64,000 nucleotides of DNA from Octopus sinensis (Eukaryota), in assembly GCF_006345805.1 (NCBI RefSeq), contig NC_043003.1, forward strand, positions 48,856,001 through 48,920,000. Direction: 5' to 3'. The position numbers were made by a program, and so were the translations under genes. The notes under the pieces were generated by a model. It saw only the letters and a list, made by a program, of their open reading frames with translations. It was not told where the DNA came from and made no database searches. How positions within the stretch are numbered: the first letter of the stretch is position 1; the number at the start of each line of letters is the position of its first letter. Positions 50,030 through 62,328 of this stretch are shown here, in pieces.

Positions 50030-50038
50030 CTTCCTTTT
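50030..50038 (+). promoter_or_regulatory. RPS16: Polypyrimidine initiator / 5'TOP-like tract (CTTCCTTTT)
   Basis: Pyrimidine run starting 28 nt upstream of the ATG, as expected for a ribosomal protein mRNA. Confidence 0.7.
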
Positions 50039-50057
50039 AGAACCGACATCTTCCAAG

Positions 50058-50062
50058 ATGAA
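50058..50062 (+). CDS. RPS16: 40S ribosomal protein S16 (uS9), coding exon 1 (ATGAA)
   Basis: AAGATG context, donor GTATGC at 50063; phase matches exon 2. Confidence 0.8.
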
Positions 50063-50181
50063 GTATGCTCCATTTTCTTTCTATAAATTTCTTTGAATTT
50101 GGATAGTTTATATTGAAAGAAACTTCAAATTAATCTTGTAATTGATTTAATGGATTAATTGATTTTTTTTCTCTCTTTTAG

Positions 50182-50230
50182 TAGTGCTCCAAAGCAACCC
50201 ATACAGGCTGTACAAGTCTACGGACGTAAA
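50182..50230 (+). CDS. RPS16: RPS16 exon 2 (NSAPKQPIQAVQVYGRK)
   Basis: ctctcttttag acceptor, GTAAGT donor; matches the VQVFGRK motif of S16. Confidence 0.93.
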
Positions 50231-51789
50231 GTAAGTTTGTGAACTCCTTTCCATTAACACTCATGGCCATATTTATTCAATGTTAGAAAAAAGAATTATT
50301 CAACCCTACAAATGTTTTTTTTTGCTTAGTTTCTTTTTGTTTGAAATGTATTTGTTGTAAATTAATCACTCCTCCCTAACAGATTACGATGTTAAAAATA
50401 ATTAACTCTTATAATTTGTCGATGTTAATTGTATATTATCTGATGTTTGAGTAATACACCCGAAAACGTTAGATTTTAAAATTTGTCTCCTAAAAATAAT
50501 TTTAGTAGCCGATGATGGAGCTTCAGTGGTTGCCCAGTGTTAGAAATAGCTTCCAAGTCTAAATTGCCCGCTATCATCTTGGAAAAGAAAAACAAAAAAT
50601 CAGTGTAACGTCGTTTCGTCCTCTCTCATATGCTCCACGTGGTCTTTTTAATCGATTATAATTAACGTAGCAGTTTTAGCTCTTGATCTTTTAATACACT
50701 AAATGTATTTTCGCGGGAGTTAATATTTATTAATCATATTCTTGAATGTACAAGAAAAAGCTTTTAAATGGCAATCAAATGTTAGATTGCTTTTCATTCC
50801 GTCATTTCCCTCCTCTTGACCGACATTTATTTCCACTGCACAAATATACTATCATCAATACAGTTTTCGGTACTACTAACGAACAGTGTTTTCTTTCTTA
50901 TAGTTTATATTATCTAGATATAACTTTAATTTGTTAAAGCTTGGGAATGTTACTGATTTGAGATCCGAAATTTGCATATTTTTTCCTCTTTTAACATTGA
51001 TTTCAGTGCAATTAGTGATCCTACAGTGATATGATTTTGCACGGGGGACGAATTTCCTCTGTCACCGGTCACGTTTTGTATGGATTGAATGAAGAAAACT
51101 TCGAATCGTTTCAAAAATGAATTGCCCATTATACAATGACTTGTATGTGAATATAAAAAAAATTTAGCAACTTTTATTTGAAAGTATTTTGCCACATTAC
51201 CTTCGAGTGAACCTATGAGTGTTGTTGATAAGGTTAGACAATGCGTTTCAGTGGATATAGCTATGCAGAATATTGTATACCAACCAGTAAATTAGCAAGT
51301 TCGAAAGTCTTAATGCAAAACACGGCAAATATTGCGATCTGGAAAAAATACTGATAGTAAATTTTTGGAAAGGGGAAATTCAGGACATTTATTCGCTCTC
51401 TGGGTTACACGAGTGGAGATCGACTGGTCACGACTAGCTAGCGTGGATGCGCGAGTGCGCGCACCGGGACCACATTCTTAAATAGATGTTAATCTGTTTT
51501 GGTGGTTAGGGTTTTTGTTACGCCGAAAACGGGTTGATGCACTTGGCTAATATGAAATCTTCATTACGATCCAATTCTGTTGCACGGCCTAGTAGCGTGG
51601 TCATTTCAAGAGACTTATACCAAAATATGGCTATTTATCATTTAATACGCTTATTCTGTATTTGTAGTAACAAAATACTGGAATTTATTCCTAAAGAAAC
51701 CTACAAAATGGAATAAATTTCCTTATACATAGTAAAATGAAATACTTACAAATACCTACAGATAGAAAAATATGAATCAAAAGTTGTCA

Positions 51790-52490
51790 TTAACCTTGCA
51801 ATCAAATTTACAATTACAATAAATAAAATGGGATAGATTTGAAAAAGCATTTTATGAAGGTTAAATTAGATATAATATTCCTGTCATGGAAACTTGTAAA
51901 GGATCCCACACTACATAAATACAACCTTGCAGATTGCACATTGGAAAGCTGTTTCAATTGACTGTCCACTAGTGACCACATAGGTAAGGCATTCATGTTT
52001 GTGACAACCTTTTTTTTATGGAGACTGGCTACATTTAAGGGACCATCCCTCTGGCAGGCCTGTTCTTCCAACAGTTGTCTCCACAAGCAACCTGCTCTCA
52101 GTTGCACTGCCCCACCTACTTGGACCTGAATATGGTCTTGTGCTTTTGTATAGTAAAAATGCATAACAGTACTCTTGTGATATACCAAACCAGGTATCAC
52201 AACCAAGTGATAGCTCATCATCTGATTCATACACCTCCTGTGTAACTTGTAATAGGTTCTCAGTGTGCTATTTTCATCTTCATGTCAGTTAAGCACTTTG
52301 TGGTCACTGGCAAATTTCCTTTGTTTTCCATCACTTTAAACAATTTTCCTTTTATATCTAGTGGCAGCTCTTTTCTACTTGCAATCACAGCAGCACACAT
52401 ATTCCCACAGCTTCTAAATCCTTTGCAAGTTTGGCAACTGAAAAACCAATTGAAATAATATATGGTGCTGGTTTTACTATGGAAGTGTTA
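51790..52490 (-). mobile_element. Degenerate piggyBac transposase relic
   Basis: Minus strand gives, with frameshifts, FQCAICKV.LC....TSFH (Cys-rich C-terminal domain) and a YFNWFFSC...RKELP segment. Confidence 0.5.
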
Positions 52491-52634
52491 ATTTCCAGGC
52501 TACATCATGTTCATTTATGTTGTCTCTCCCTCATTTAAAAATTCATAGCAATACTCAGTACTCTCCTCACAAAGTTTCCATACCTTGATTCCCTCATTTT
52601 GTGGGTTTGCTTGACATATTGTTTGAAATGTACA

Positions 52635-52893
52635 AGCCAGCCTCGCGTGCCGGTGGCACATAAAAAGCACGTTCGTGGCCATTTGCCAGCTCTGTCTGGC
52701 ACCTGTGCGGGTGGCACGTAAAAAGCACCCACTACACTCACGGAGTGGTTGGCGTTAGGAAGGGCATCCTGCCGTAGAAACACTGCCAGATTTGACTGGG
52801 CCTGATGAAGCCTTCTGGCTTCACAGACCCCAGTAGAACCGTCCAACCCATGCTAGCATGGAAAACGGACGCTAAAACGATGATGATGATGCG
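52635..52893 (+). mobile_element. Young RTE 3'-end fragment in RPS16 intron 2
   Basis: Nearly identical to 23830-24106, (GAT)n tail. Confidence 0.9.
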
Positions 52894-53393
52894 ATAACTT
52901 AAATTGATAATTATCTTCCTGATTTGTAATAGCTTTCATATTTTTACATATGCTCTGAATGTCATTGAGAAGGGTGCCTTATTTTATGTAAGGAATCATA
53001 ATCTTCATGTACTGGCATACTACTACTGTTTGAAATATGCAAGAACAATTCTTCTGGTGGAAGATTTTCATTTACATTGCTTTAAATCATGAAATTTGTA
53101 TCATAGAACCAGCAGTAGTCTCGGGCAAGTTGAGATCAATAGGGATACTCTCACTTTGAAGTATTGTCCTCATTTACAATTACAAATGCTGCATTGATTG
53201 TAACCAAGAAAACCAGGACAATTTTGTTGGATTGTAATAGGTCTCTCTGTATAAACTGAATGTAAATTAAAAATGCTTACTCTTTTATTCCTATAATTTT
53301 CACTGGTTATAGTAATTTGTGTTTGTGCTAGGGTGCTGTTGGGAGAATATGCGAAGGATATGTAATAATTGTTTCAAATTTTAAATATTTCAG

Positions 53394-53495
53394 AAAACTG
53401 CCACTGCTGTTGCTCATTGTAAACGTGGTCGCGGTTTAATCAAAGTCAATGGTCGTCCATTGGAGAATCTAGAGCCACAGATTTTACGCTATAAG
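53394..53495 (+). CDS. RPS16: RPS16 exon 3 ([34 protein letters not shown])
   Basis: tttcag / GTAAGA; canonical S16 sequence. Confidence 0.98.
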
Positions 53496-54240
53496 GTAAG
53501 AATTTCCAAATATGTATATTTCATTAACATATAGGTGCAGATATGACTGTTTAGTACGAACTTTGCTTCCCAACTACATGGTTCTGGGTTCAGTTTCACT
53601 GTGTGGCACCTAAAGCAAATACCTTCTATATCCCTAGACTAGCACAAGCCTTGTGAGCAGATTTGGTAGAAGGAAACTCCTTGTCTTGTTATTGTCTCTG
53701 TCATACAAGTAGTATAATGTATTTCCAATATTTTGTGAGAACATGTCTGGTCTTGGGGAAATCTATCACCTTGCTTGGAAACTGGTGAGGGTTAGCAACA
53801 GGAAGGGTATCCAACCATAGAAAATCTGCAAGCATGGAAAAGTGGATGTTAAATTGATGATTATATATAACCATTTCCATTTAATCATGGAATTGTCATA
53901 TCTTCATCACTGGAAACAATTTGTTTATGCTTGAGTTTTCTTGCCATTTTGTAGTTTTGTTAATATCTCTAGAACAGTGATTTTACTTCAACCATTGACA
54001 GTTGCTGCTAGTTAGAAAATTCATTGGTTGAACTATATTGGAATAGCTGTCTAAACTACTCTACTAGATTAATGAACTTCCTTTATATAATTGTCTGATT
54101 TAGTTTTTCAAATAGCCTATGACATGGCAAATCAAAAGAGCAGAAGCTTTCTATGGTATTTTATAAATTTACAGAAATGAATATTTTATCTTTAATATCC
54201 TATTTTAAATAAGCTGTAAATGTAAATTTCTTTCTTCTAG

Positions 54241-54337
54241 CTACAAGAACCACTATTATTGCTCGGAAAAGACCGATTTTCTGCAGTTGATATTAGAGTA
54301 AAGGTGAAAGGTGGTGGTCATGTTGCCCAGATTTATG
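54241..54337 (+). CDS. RPS16: RPS16 exon 4 ([32 protein letters not shown])
   Basis: ttctag / GTGAGT; ends in phase 1. Confidence 0.98.
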
Positions 54338-54999
54338 GTGAGTTCTTTTCACTTCTAATTTTCACATCTAATTTAACTTTATCTCAATTTCATATTTAAT
54401 CAAGAGAGAGGTGTAGTAGCTAATCATTACAAGTTCTCCCAGCCGGGATAGATGGATATAGTTGTTGGTACTTCTTCTGCCTGTATGGCACCTTGCACTA
54501 AAGTATCTACTATAATAATACTCTTGTTTTTCTCTGTTACATGTAAGAAAGGAAGGGGTGATGGCATATTTAGTAGTGGGATGATGGGAGTTCTATGGTG
54601 AAAAAAATCAGTGTTTCTACTTTGTGTGAATGTTTGTGTGTGTGTGTGTGTGCTATGGAAGAGGGATAGTGAACATTTAATGCCAAAAAAGAATTCGAAC
54701 AGCGTTTTAACTCTGAGTATATGTTTGTATCTGATTACTATGTACCTTATTTTATACCTTATATATAAAATACAATTAGCCATCGTTTTTGATCGCACAG
54801 GGCCAGCTAGTGTGTATATAATTCATCATTTAGTGACAATTCAATATTTTGCATCTGAGTTGCAGCTATTCTGTTGGCAGAATGCAGCTAGCTGGACACT
54901 GATTATTGGCTGTTTTGTCAGTGCACTGGTTTGTTCTGAGAGGAAGTGTTTAACCTGTGACAGAGCAACTAAAAATTCTCATGACTAAAGACTTTGCTG

Positions 55000-56120
55000 A
55001 TTTCAAATGGGTCATTACTTTCATCAAAGTTCTCAATAGAGGAAAATGATTGGTGTATCATGTACAAGGTTATGTCTTTGGATTGTTCTTTACTAAGTCA
55101 ATTCCTTTTGAGCAATAGGGTGGTATTTGGTAGTTAGAAGATGGTTTTATTTAGGAATAAAACCCTAGGGTGGGCCTCAGGAAAAAAGTTTCATGAAATA
55201 GGTGAACTGTGATTGTACTGAAGGATTGTGCTGGGGTTAATCACTTGGATTGGAGCCGCTTTCACATCCATTAACTGTACATATGGTTGTAAGAGCATAT
55301 ATTCAGGAAGGTTTTGTGTGTTGAGCCTAAAATTGGAACCAAATTTACTTCTTAGAGAATCTTAGCTAATAGTAGATTATGTAACAAAGTTGGAAATTTT
55401 CTTAGCAAAAATTGCTTGTATGGTGATGGTAACTTTCTGATGTCATGGGCAATGATTAAGGGCTCTTGAAGAAGGATAATATTGGTAAATTTAGCTGTCT
55501 TTTGTGTATCAAAGATAAACACATTTACTGCAAAAGGTAGTCATTTATCAAATTGGTAAACCACCAAAGTAACTGCTTTCAAGAATCAGTATCTCTATCT
55601 CAAAATATTGTGCTGTAGGTTGATGTGGGTTGCGATATATGATTAAGTAGTGATATTCAGGAATATAGACAGACTTAATTAGTGCAAGTAGTTCAAGATG
55701 GTAAATAATTTGGTATCTAACATGGCATGGATGAGGACATGAGGATTTCAAGAGCCAAGAGAAATTATGTACATGAAAAATATTTGAGGATGATTTCAGA
55801 GAGATGAAATAGTTGTCCTCAATACATGATGAGCAATAGTTGAACTATTGTTGGTAATTATGAGTGTTAGAAGTAGATGAACTTGGAATGGGGAACAGCT
55901 AGAGTAACATGAAGTTGTTGCTAATGGTACCCAGGAGAGATAGGTAAGTGGTGGGGGTGTGGATTTTACCCAATTGCAGACACTAAGTTGCACAATGTTG
56001 TGTGGAATGAGAATTGTAAGTAATGTGGAACAATGTGGTTTCTGTATTGTGATTGATTTCCACATAAACTGGTGTTGGGGAAATGCCAATGGTTTAATGA
56101 AATGGGCCTTTTGTTTTAAT
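55000..56120 (-). mobile_element. Highly degenerate retroelement remnant, possibly Penelope-like
   Basis: Scattered minus-strand fragments resembling the PLE thumb (SCPHPCHVRYQIIY) and GIY-YIG start (IYALTTIC); many stops. Confidence 0.3.
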
Positions 56121-56133
56121 CTTATGTTGTTAA

Positions 56134-57600
56134 CCCTTTCGTTACTATATTTCTGACCAAAATACACCCCTCATGAGTTTCAATTAAATTCTAAAATAAT
56201 CATGAATTTAGGCTTGTTTCATTAAATAACTGTAACTTTTTTACTTATCAACATTTTAATATGATATTTGGAACATAATTAAAGGAAGGGTTCTTAATCA
56301 ATTCTATTGCATAACTTTTGTCTCAAAGTGACTTTAATTACAGGTAAATCCAGGTAAATTGAGCAAACGGTAAAAATATTAAAATTTTAAATTGAACAAA
56401 AGGTAAAAATATAAAAATTTTGTTTAAACATCACTATAGAAAATGAATCATCAGCTAATATTCAAATGGGTATGCAACAAAATTTTGATAAAGAAGAATT
56501 GTGCACATCACTATATCATCAGTTGAATTTAATGCACAACAGGTGTACCATAAAGGTGGAATAAACTGAAATATTGGAATCCACCGTAAGTTTGACCGAA
56601 CTAAAGAAATCGGTCAAAAAATAATATACGGCCCTGGTTATGGAATGGAAGTGATAAATTCCAGACCACATCGTTCCCTAGGCCATGCTGACTAACATTA
56701 TTTTCCCTGTATAAAAACTAAATCCACGCAGTACCCAGTATTTGCTTCACAAATTTCCCAAACTTTGAACCCCGATTTTGGGTTTGTTTACAATTTGCGT
56801 AAGTGTGTGTTTCCACATTGATCGCTTCAAACAATAACTTCCAGACCACATCGTACCCTAAGCCATGCTGACTAACATTAGTTTCCCTGTATAAAAACTA
56901 AATCCACAATAGTACCCAGCATTTGCTTCACAAATTTCCCAAACTTTGAACCCCGATTTTGGGTTTGTTTACAATCTGCGTAAGTTTGTTTCCGAAGTGA
57001 TCGCTTCAAACTAGCATACTGAAAAAAATAAAAGTCTAATGGTTTCACTTCCTAAGAAAGGCTATATATAAACTTTATCTCCTCAGAAAAATTGCTAATA
57101 AAAACATTTTAAAAGTTTTTTTACTTCATTCCGATGTAAAATCGTCTTTGCTGTCGCCTTCGCCGCTTTGTTTCTTCGGAAGGCGCTGCTTTCATTTTCG
57201 GATAAAAAAATATCCTTTTCATTATTGTACACCACGTGCTTTAGTACTATTTCATTCTTTTTCTCGATATCTCCCTATTTTCCGTTGACAAAGCTTTAAA
57301 TTCGGAATCAATGCTTGATAACATGAAACTCCTATCCATTTTCAAAGTTGAAGAAAAATCGATGCCGAAAAACATGTGGAAAAAAATCTCCCAAAATTCA
57401 CTGAGTTGAGATATCACTTCAAGCAATGTCGGATACTATAACTTAGCTATTTACAATGTGAAATCACATGCCTTAACGAATGTACCAACGAGATTTGGGT
57501 TCAAATTTACATTTAAATAACAATGGGTTCTAATGGCCGGGTTGGTACTTTGAACCAAAAAATTTTTCAGCCGGCTACAGCCGGGTTAGTAACGAAAGGG
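56134..57600. mobile_element. Non-autonomous piggyBac element, perfect 14-bp TIRs, TTAA TSD
   Basis: TTAA|CCCTTTCGTTACTA ... TAGTAACGAAAGGG|TTAA. Confidence 0.93.
56659..57011. repeat. 180-bp tandem duplication inside the piggyBac element
   Basis: ttccagaccacatcg...gatcgcttcaaac starts at 56659 and again at 56839. Confidence 0.93.
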
Positions 57601-58089
57601 TTAATATGCTTTTAGATGAAAGGTAACCAAGATGCTAACAACTGTTCATAAATATCCAAGGTGTAAATTGTTTTTTACTGGAAACTCATACCAATGGCAC
57701 TACTTGTTGCTGAAAGCAGGCTGTCTTGGTTTGAATGTTTGTAGATTAGTAAGCTATAGTAAATGGATTTAGCATGGTTTTAACCTATTGCCTGCCATGA
57801 GCCCCATTTGGGGATCTGCTAAAGTCTCACTGCCAGTTGTTTGTTGTATTTTAAGTGAATTGCCTATGTACATTATATTTGCAGAGGTGTGTTTAGCAAT
57901 ATTTAGTAGTTTGTCGTTATTAGCTCTGGCTAATTTTAGAGGACATTTTGTCATAAATTGCAATTTTTGAACTTAAAAATATTGACTTGTTTCGAAAACT
58001 TTTCTTTTGCATTTCCTGTCTATATCATCATCATTATGGATATTTCGTACACATTTGCATCGTATTTGGATTTTTGTGCTATATATTTT

Positions 58090-59170
58090 GTTTGCATAAA
58101 GAAGTACTTCACTTTTCAGAGCCTTTCATTAGGAGTAAAACTAAATTTCTAAATCTAGAGGAAATAAATGATTTGTTGAATGATCCTGATTTTGTGGCTC
58201 AAATTTCTTATGTATCTGATGACGATACACCAAAAGGTGAGGTGGAACTTCCTCCTGACAATGTGTGTCGTTTCTGATGAGGAAGAGATAGATGAAAATG
58301 AACTTGGTGATAATTATCCAAATGATGTACCTGGATGCTTGGAATTGCACTCAAATGGTTTAGAAAATTCAGGAACAAATTCAAGAGATGGATTTGAACC
58401 TGCAGCTAAACATCGAAAGTGCAAGACGAAATCAAAACCAACTTGGAATACATCATGAAGAGTTTCATGTTGGAAGAGGAAATTTTGATGCAATAAATGA
58501 TAGAATCAACAAAAAAATCATTTCAAGGATAATCCCCTGTAGAGGCTTTTGAAACACTTATTGATGATGTGATAACCCATATTGTAAGACAAAGTATCAT
58601 ATGCTATTCGAAATAATCGACATAAACTTCAAATTATCACTGGATTACTTGAGAAAGCTCACTGGATTATATTTACTAACAGGCTAGCGTCACTTGCCAC
58701 AAGAACAAATGTGTTGGTGTGAGGATGAAGATGTAAAGATTCAGTTCATTCATGAATGTATGGCATGAAATAGATACATTGAAATTAAAAGAAATTTGCA
58801 CTTCAATGAGAACTCTACATGTGGAACAGGTGCAATTCTTAAAATCTTCAAAATTGTACTACTAATTCAAATGATGAACAAAAGATTTAAGGTTTTTTCA
58901 AAGCACCTGAGCAATTGAACAAGTGGTGCCGTATTAAGGTTGCCATTTTCTGAAGCAATTCATAAAAAGTAAGATTTGGATACTAACTGGGCAATGTACT
59001 GCTCCACAACAGGTTATTGTTTTCATGTTGACTTGTATGAAGGTAAGAAAGGAGGACAAAATTCTTCATTTGGATTAGGAGCTACAGTTGTTTTGAACAG
59101 TTTTGCAACTTCAGAATCCTTCAGACCACATAGCTGATAATGTTTTTTTACATGTTTTGAGCTTAAAAAA
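58090..59170 (+). pseudogene. piggyBac (PGBD2/3-like) transposase relic in RPS16 intron 4
   Basis: LPPDN...SDEEEIDENEL...DVPGCLE; W..DEDV...MA*NRYIEIKRNLHF; GYCFHVDLYEGK...GLGATVVL segments with frameshifts and stops. Confidence 0.8.
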
Positions 59171-59238
59171 TACAGAGAAAGGAGTTTGTGTTCATCCTGT
59201 CTAATGAAAACTAATGTATTTCTTTTTAATTTTTGCAG

Positions 59239-59286
59239 CTATCCGTCAGGCTATCTCTAAAGCTCTTGTTGCCTACTACCAGAAAT
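59239..59286 (+). CDS. RPS16: RPS16 exon 5 (AIRQAISKALVAYYQK)
   Basis: ttttgcag / GTAAGT; phase 1 to 1. Confidence 0.98.
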
Positions 59287-60180
59287 GTAAGTTTTGTGAA
59301 TCAGTCTTTGTTTTTTTTAAGTGTTTTATAACATGTTAGGTGCCAAGGAATGATGTTGCAAAGCTCAACATTAGTTTCACATATGAGTTTAAAGTGTATT
59401 CCAGATTAGTGGTTGCTGCTAGTAATATATCTTTTAAATTTTATGTCTACTATAATTGATTTCCAAAAATTACATTACTTTTGCCTATTTGAAACACCTA
59501 GTACACCCCCTGAGGGTCTTTATCCAAATCCTGCTGGATGTAACTATCTTGTCTGGTCTTTAATGTTGATTGGCATAAATTCCTGTAATATATTAAATTA
59601 ATAAAATAAATTCTTGAGTAAAATAAAAAAATTAGAGAAAAAGTTATGTGAAATATGGTACAAATTTGTATTGTTGTTTAAAATCTCACATGTAACCATT
59701 TAATACTACTAAAGTCCTTATCAGATGTTACAAATTTTTCTGCACATCTATTTCTTAAAAAATTCATAGTGCTCACAATATAATAGGGATAGGCATTTTG
59801 GGGGTGCAACTTTATTTCAATTCTTGGTGGATGGAAACTTGTATTCTTTAACAGTAGTTCTCAGTTTTATTAGAAACAAATGTTAATATTCTGTGTTATT
59901 CTAACATGATGTTATATTCTTTTAATAACGCCTTCCATGCTCTGACAATGAGTGCAGACATCTGTGTGATTTAAGTTAGCTTTTTACTCTATGGTTGGAG
60001 TTCAGTCTCACTGCACAGCAGCTCCAGATTAGAAATAAAGTACATGGGTTGATGAAATCCTTTGAAGGCAATGTGTAGTATGGCCACTGTCCAATGGCTA
60101 ACCCAATTGAGAAAAAAAAAAACACACACACCAAAAACACACCAAAAAATCAACAGAATAGAACAATTAAGAGCTAATAG

Positions 60181-60381
<201 letters not shown>

Positions 60382-61004
60382 AATATATGTAATAAACATG
60401 GAATTTTTCTGAGAAACCTTTGAGTTTTTTTCGTTTTTGAAAAGAAGCTGGATTGAGATTGTGTTTTCAAATCTATCTGATCTGTTGTAGCATAGAGATA
60501 GGCTTAAACAAAAAGCCACACACACACACTTGTTTGCTGGGCAGATTTTGTCTCTGTGTGAAAGAAGTGTCAGCTGGCTGTGTGACATGAATTTGTATAT
60601 TTGAAAAACTAAATGGTTATTAAGAATAATGCTTATTCATAATGTGTTCAGACAACACAGCTGTAGATACTTATCTATATGGCATTAATAAATGGGGCAC
60701 TTTCCTATATAACCATATTTCTGTAAATTTACGTGATACCAACTCACTAAGATGGTTCTTGGTTCTATGGTAGAAGCTTCTAGTTTTGAGCATTCAGATT
60801 ACTCTCTCTCTTTTACTAGTTTCAGTCATTTGACTGCGGCCATGCTGGAGCACTGCCTTTAGTCGAGCAAATCGACCCCGGGACTTATTCTTTGTAAGCC
60901 CAGTACTTATTCTATCGGGGGTCTTTTGCCTAACCGCTAAGTAACGGGGACGTAAACACACCAGCATCGGTTGTCAAGCAATGCTAGGTGGACAAACAAC
61001 ACAC

Positions 61005-61045
<41 letters not shown>

Positions 61046-62328
61046 GGAAGGCTAACTAGGAAGATGGTTTTTGTATGTGGCAGATGCACAGGAACAATAA
61101 ACACTGAAAATGCTCTGAGACCAACTTCCGTCACTTTCCAGGGAGAAAAACTAGAAATAGTTGATAGTTTCCGTTACCTAGGTGACCAAGTCAGCAGCGG
61201 GGGCGGGTGTGCTGAAAGTGTAACTGCTAGAGTAAGAATAGCTTGGGCAAAGTTCAGAGAGCTCTTACCTCTGCTGGTGACAAAAGGCCTCTCGCACAGA
61301 GTGAAAAGCAGACTATGATGCATGTGTACGAACAGCCATGCTACATGGCAGTGAAACATGGGCCGTGACTGCTGAGGATATGCGTAAGCTCGCTAGAAAT
61401 GAAGCCAGTATGCTCCGATGGATGTGTAATGCCGGTACTCACACTCGGCAGAGTGTAAGTACCTTGAGAGAAAAGCTGGACCTAAGAAGCATCAGTTATG
61501 GTGTGCAAGAGAGACGTTTGCGCTGGTATGGTCATGTGGCGAGAATGGATGAAGATAGTTGTGTGAAAAAGTGCCACACCCTAGCGGTTGAGGAACCTGT
61601 GGAAGAGGCAGACCCAGGAAAACCTGGGACGAGGTGGTGAAGCACGACCTTCGAACTTAGGTCTCACTGAGGAAATGACTAGAGACCGAGACCTCTGGTG
61701 TGCTGTGCGCGAGAAGACCCGGCAGGACAAGTGAGTCCATAACCCGTGGCCTTCTACATGGGATGGAGCCAGCCTACGTATGCATACCTTCCCTTCTTGG
61801 GACACAAAACTCTACTTGTGAAGACGTGTTGAGGTAAGTGAGGATCAGAATCGAAATCGATCAATGAAATTGCGGATGTGTTACCAGTGCCGGTGGCATG
61901 TCGAAACTCTACTTGTGAAGACCCTTTGAGGCAAGTGAGGATCAGAATCGAAATCGATCAATGGAAATTGCAGATGTGTTACCAGTGCCGGTGGCATGTA
62001 AGAGAACTTTCCGTTTCGCGACCGTTGCCAGCACCGCCCCGTTTCGTGTCCGTTGCAGCCTCGCCTGGCCCTCGTGCCGGTGGCACATAAAAAGCACCAT
62101 CCGTTCGTGGCCGTTGCCAGCTCTGTCTGGCACCAGTGCGGGTGGCACGTAAAAAGCACCCACTACACTCACGGAGTGGTTGGCGTTAGGAAGGCATCCA
62201 GCCGTAGAAACACTGCCAGATTTGACTGGGCCTGATGAAGCCTTCTGGCTTCACAGACCCCAGTAGAACCGTCCAACCCATGCTAGCATGGAAAACGGAC
62301 GCTAAACGATGATGATGATGATGATGAT
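61046..62328 (+). mobile_element. Second young RTE copy, more 5'-truncated, inside the (TA)n of a family-B SINE
   Basis: Nearly identical to 22811-24106 apart from several 1-3 nt deletions; minus-strand SINE halves at 60820-61045 and 62330-62520. Confidence 0.95.

Noticed and set aside
56659-57011. CRISPR-like or satellite array
   Set aside because: Only two long units with no repeat-spacer structure, in a eukaryotic transposon context.
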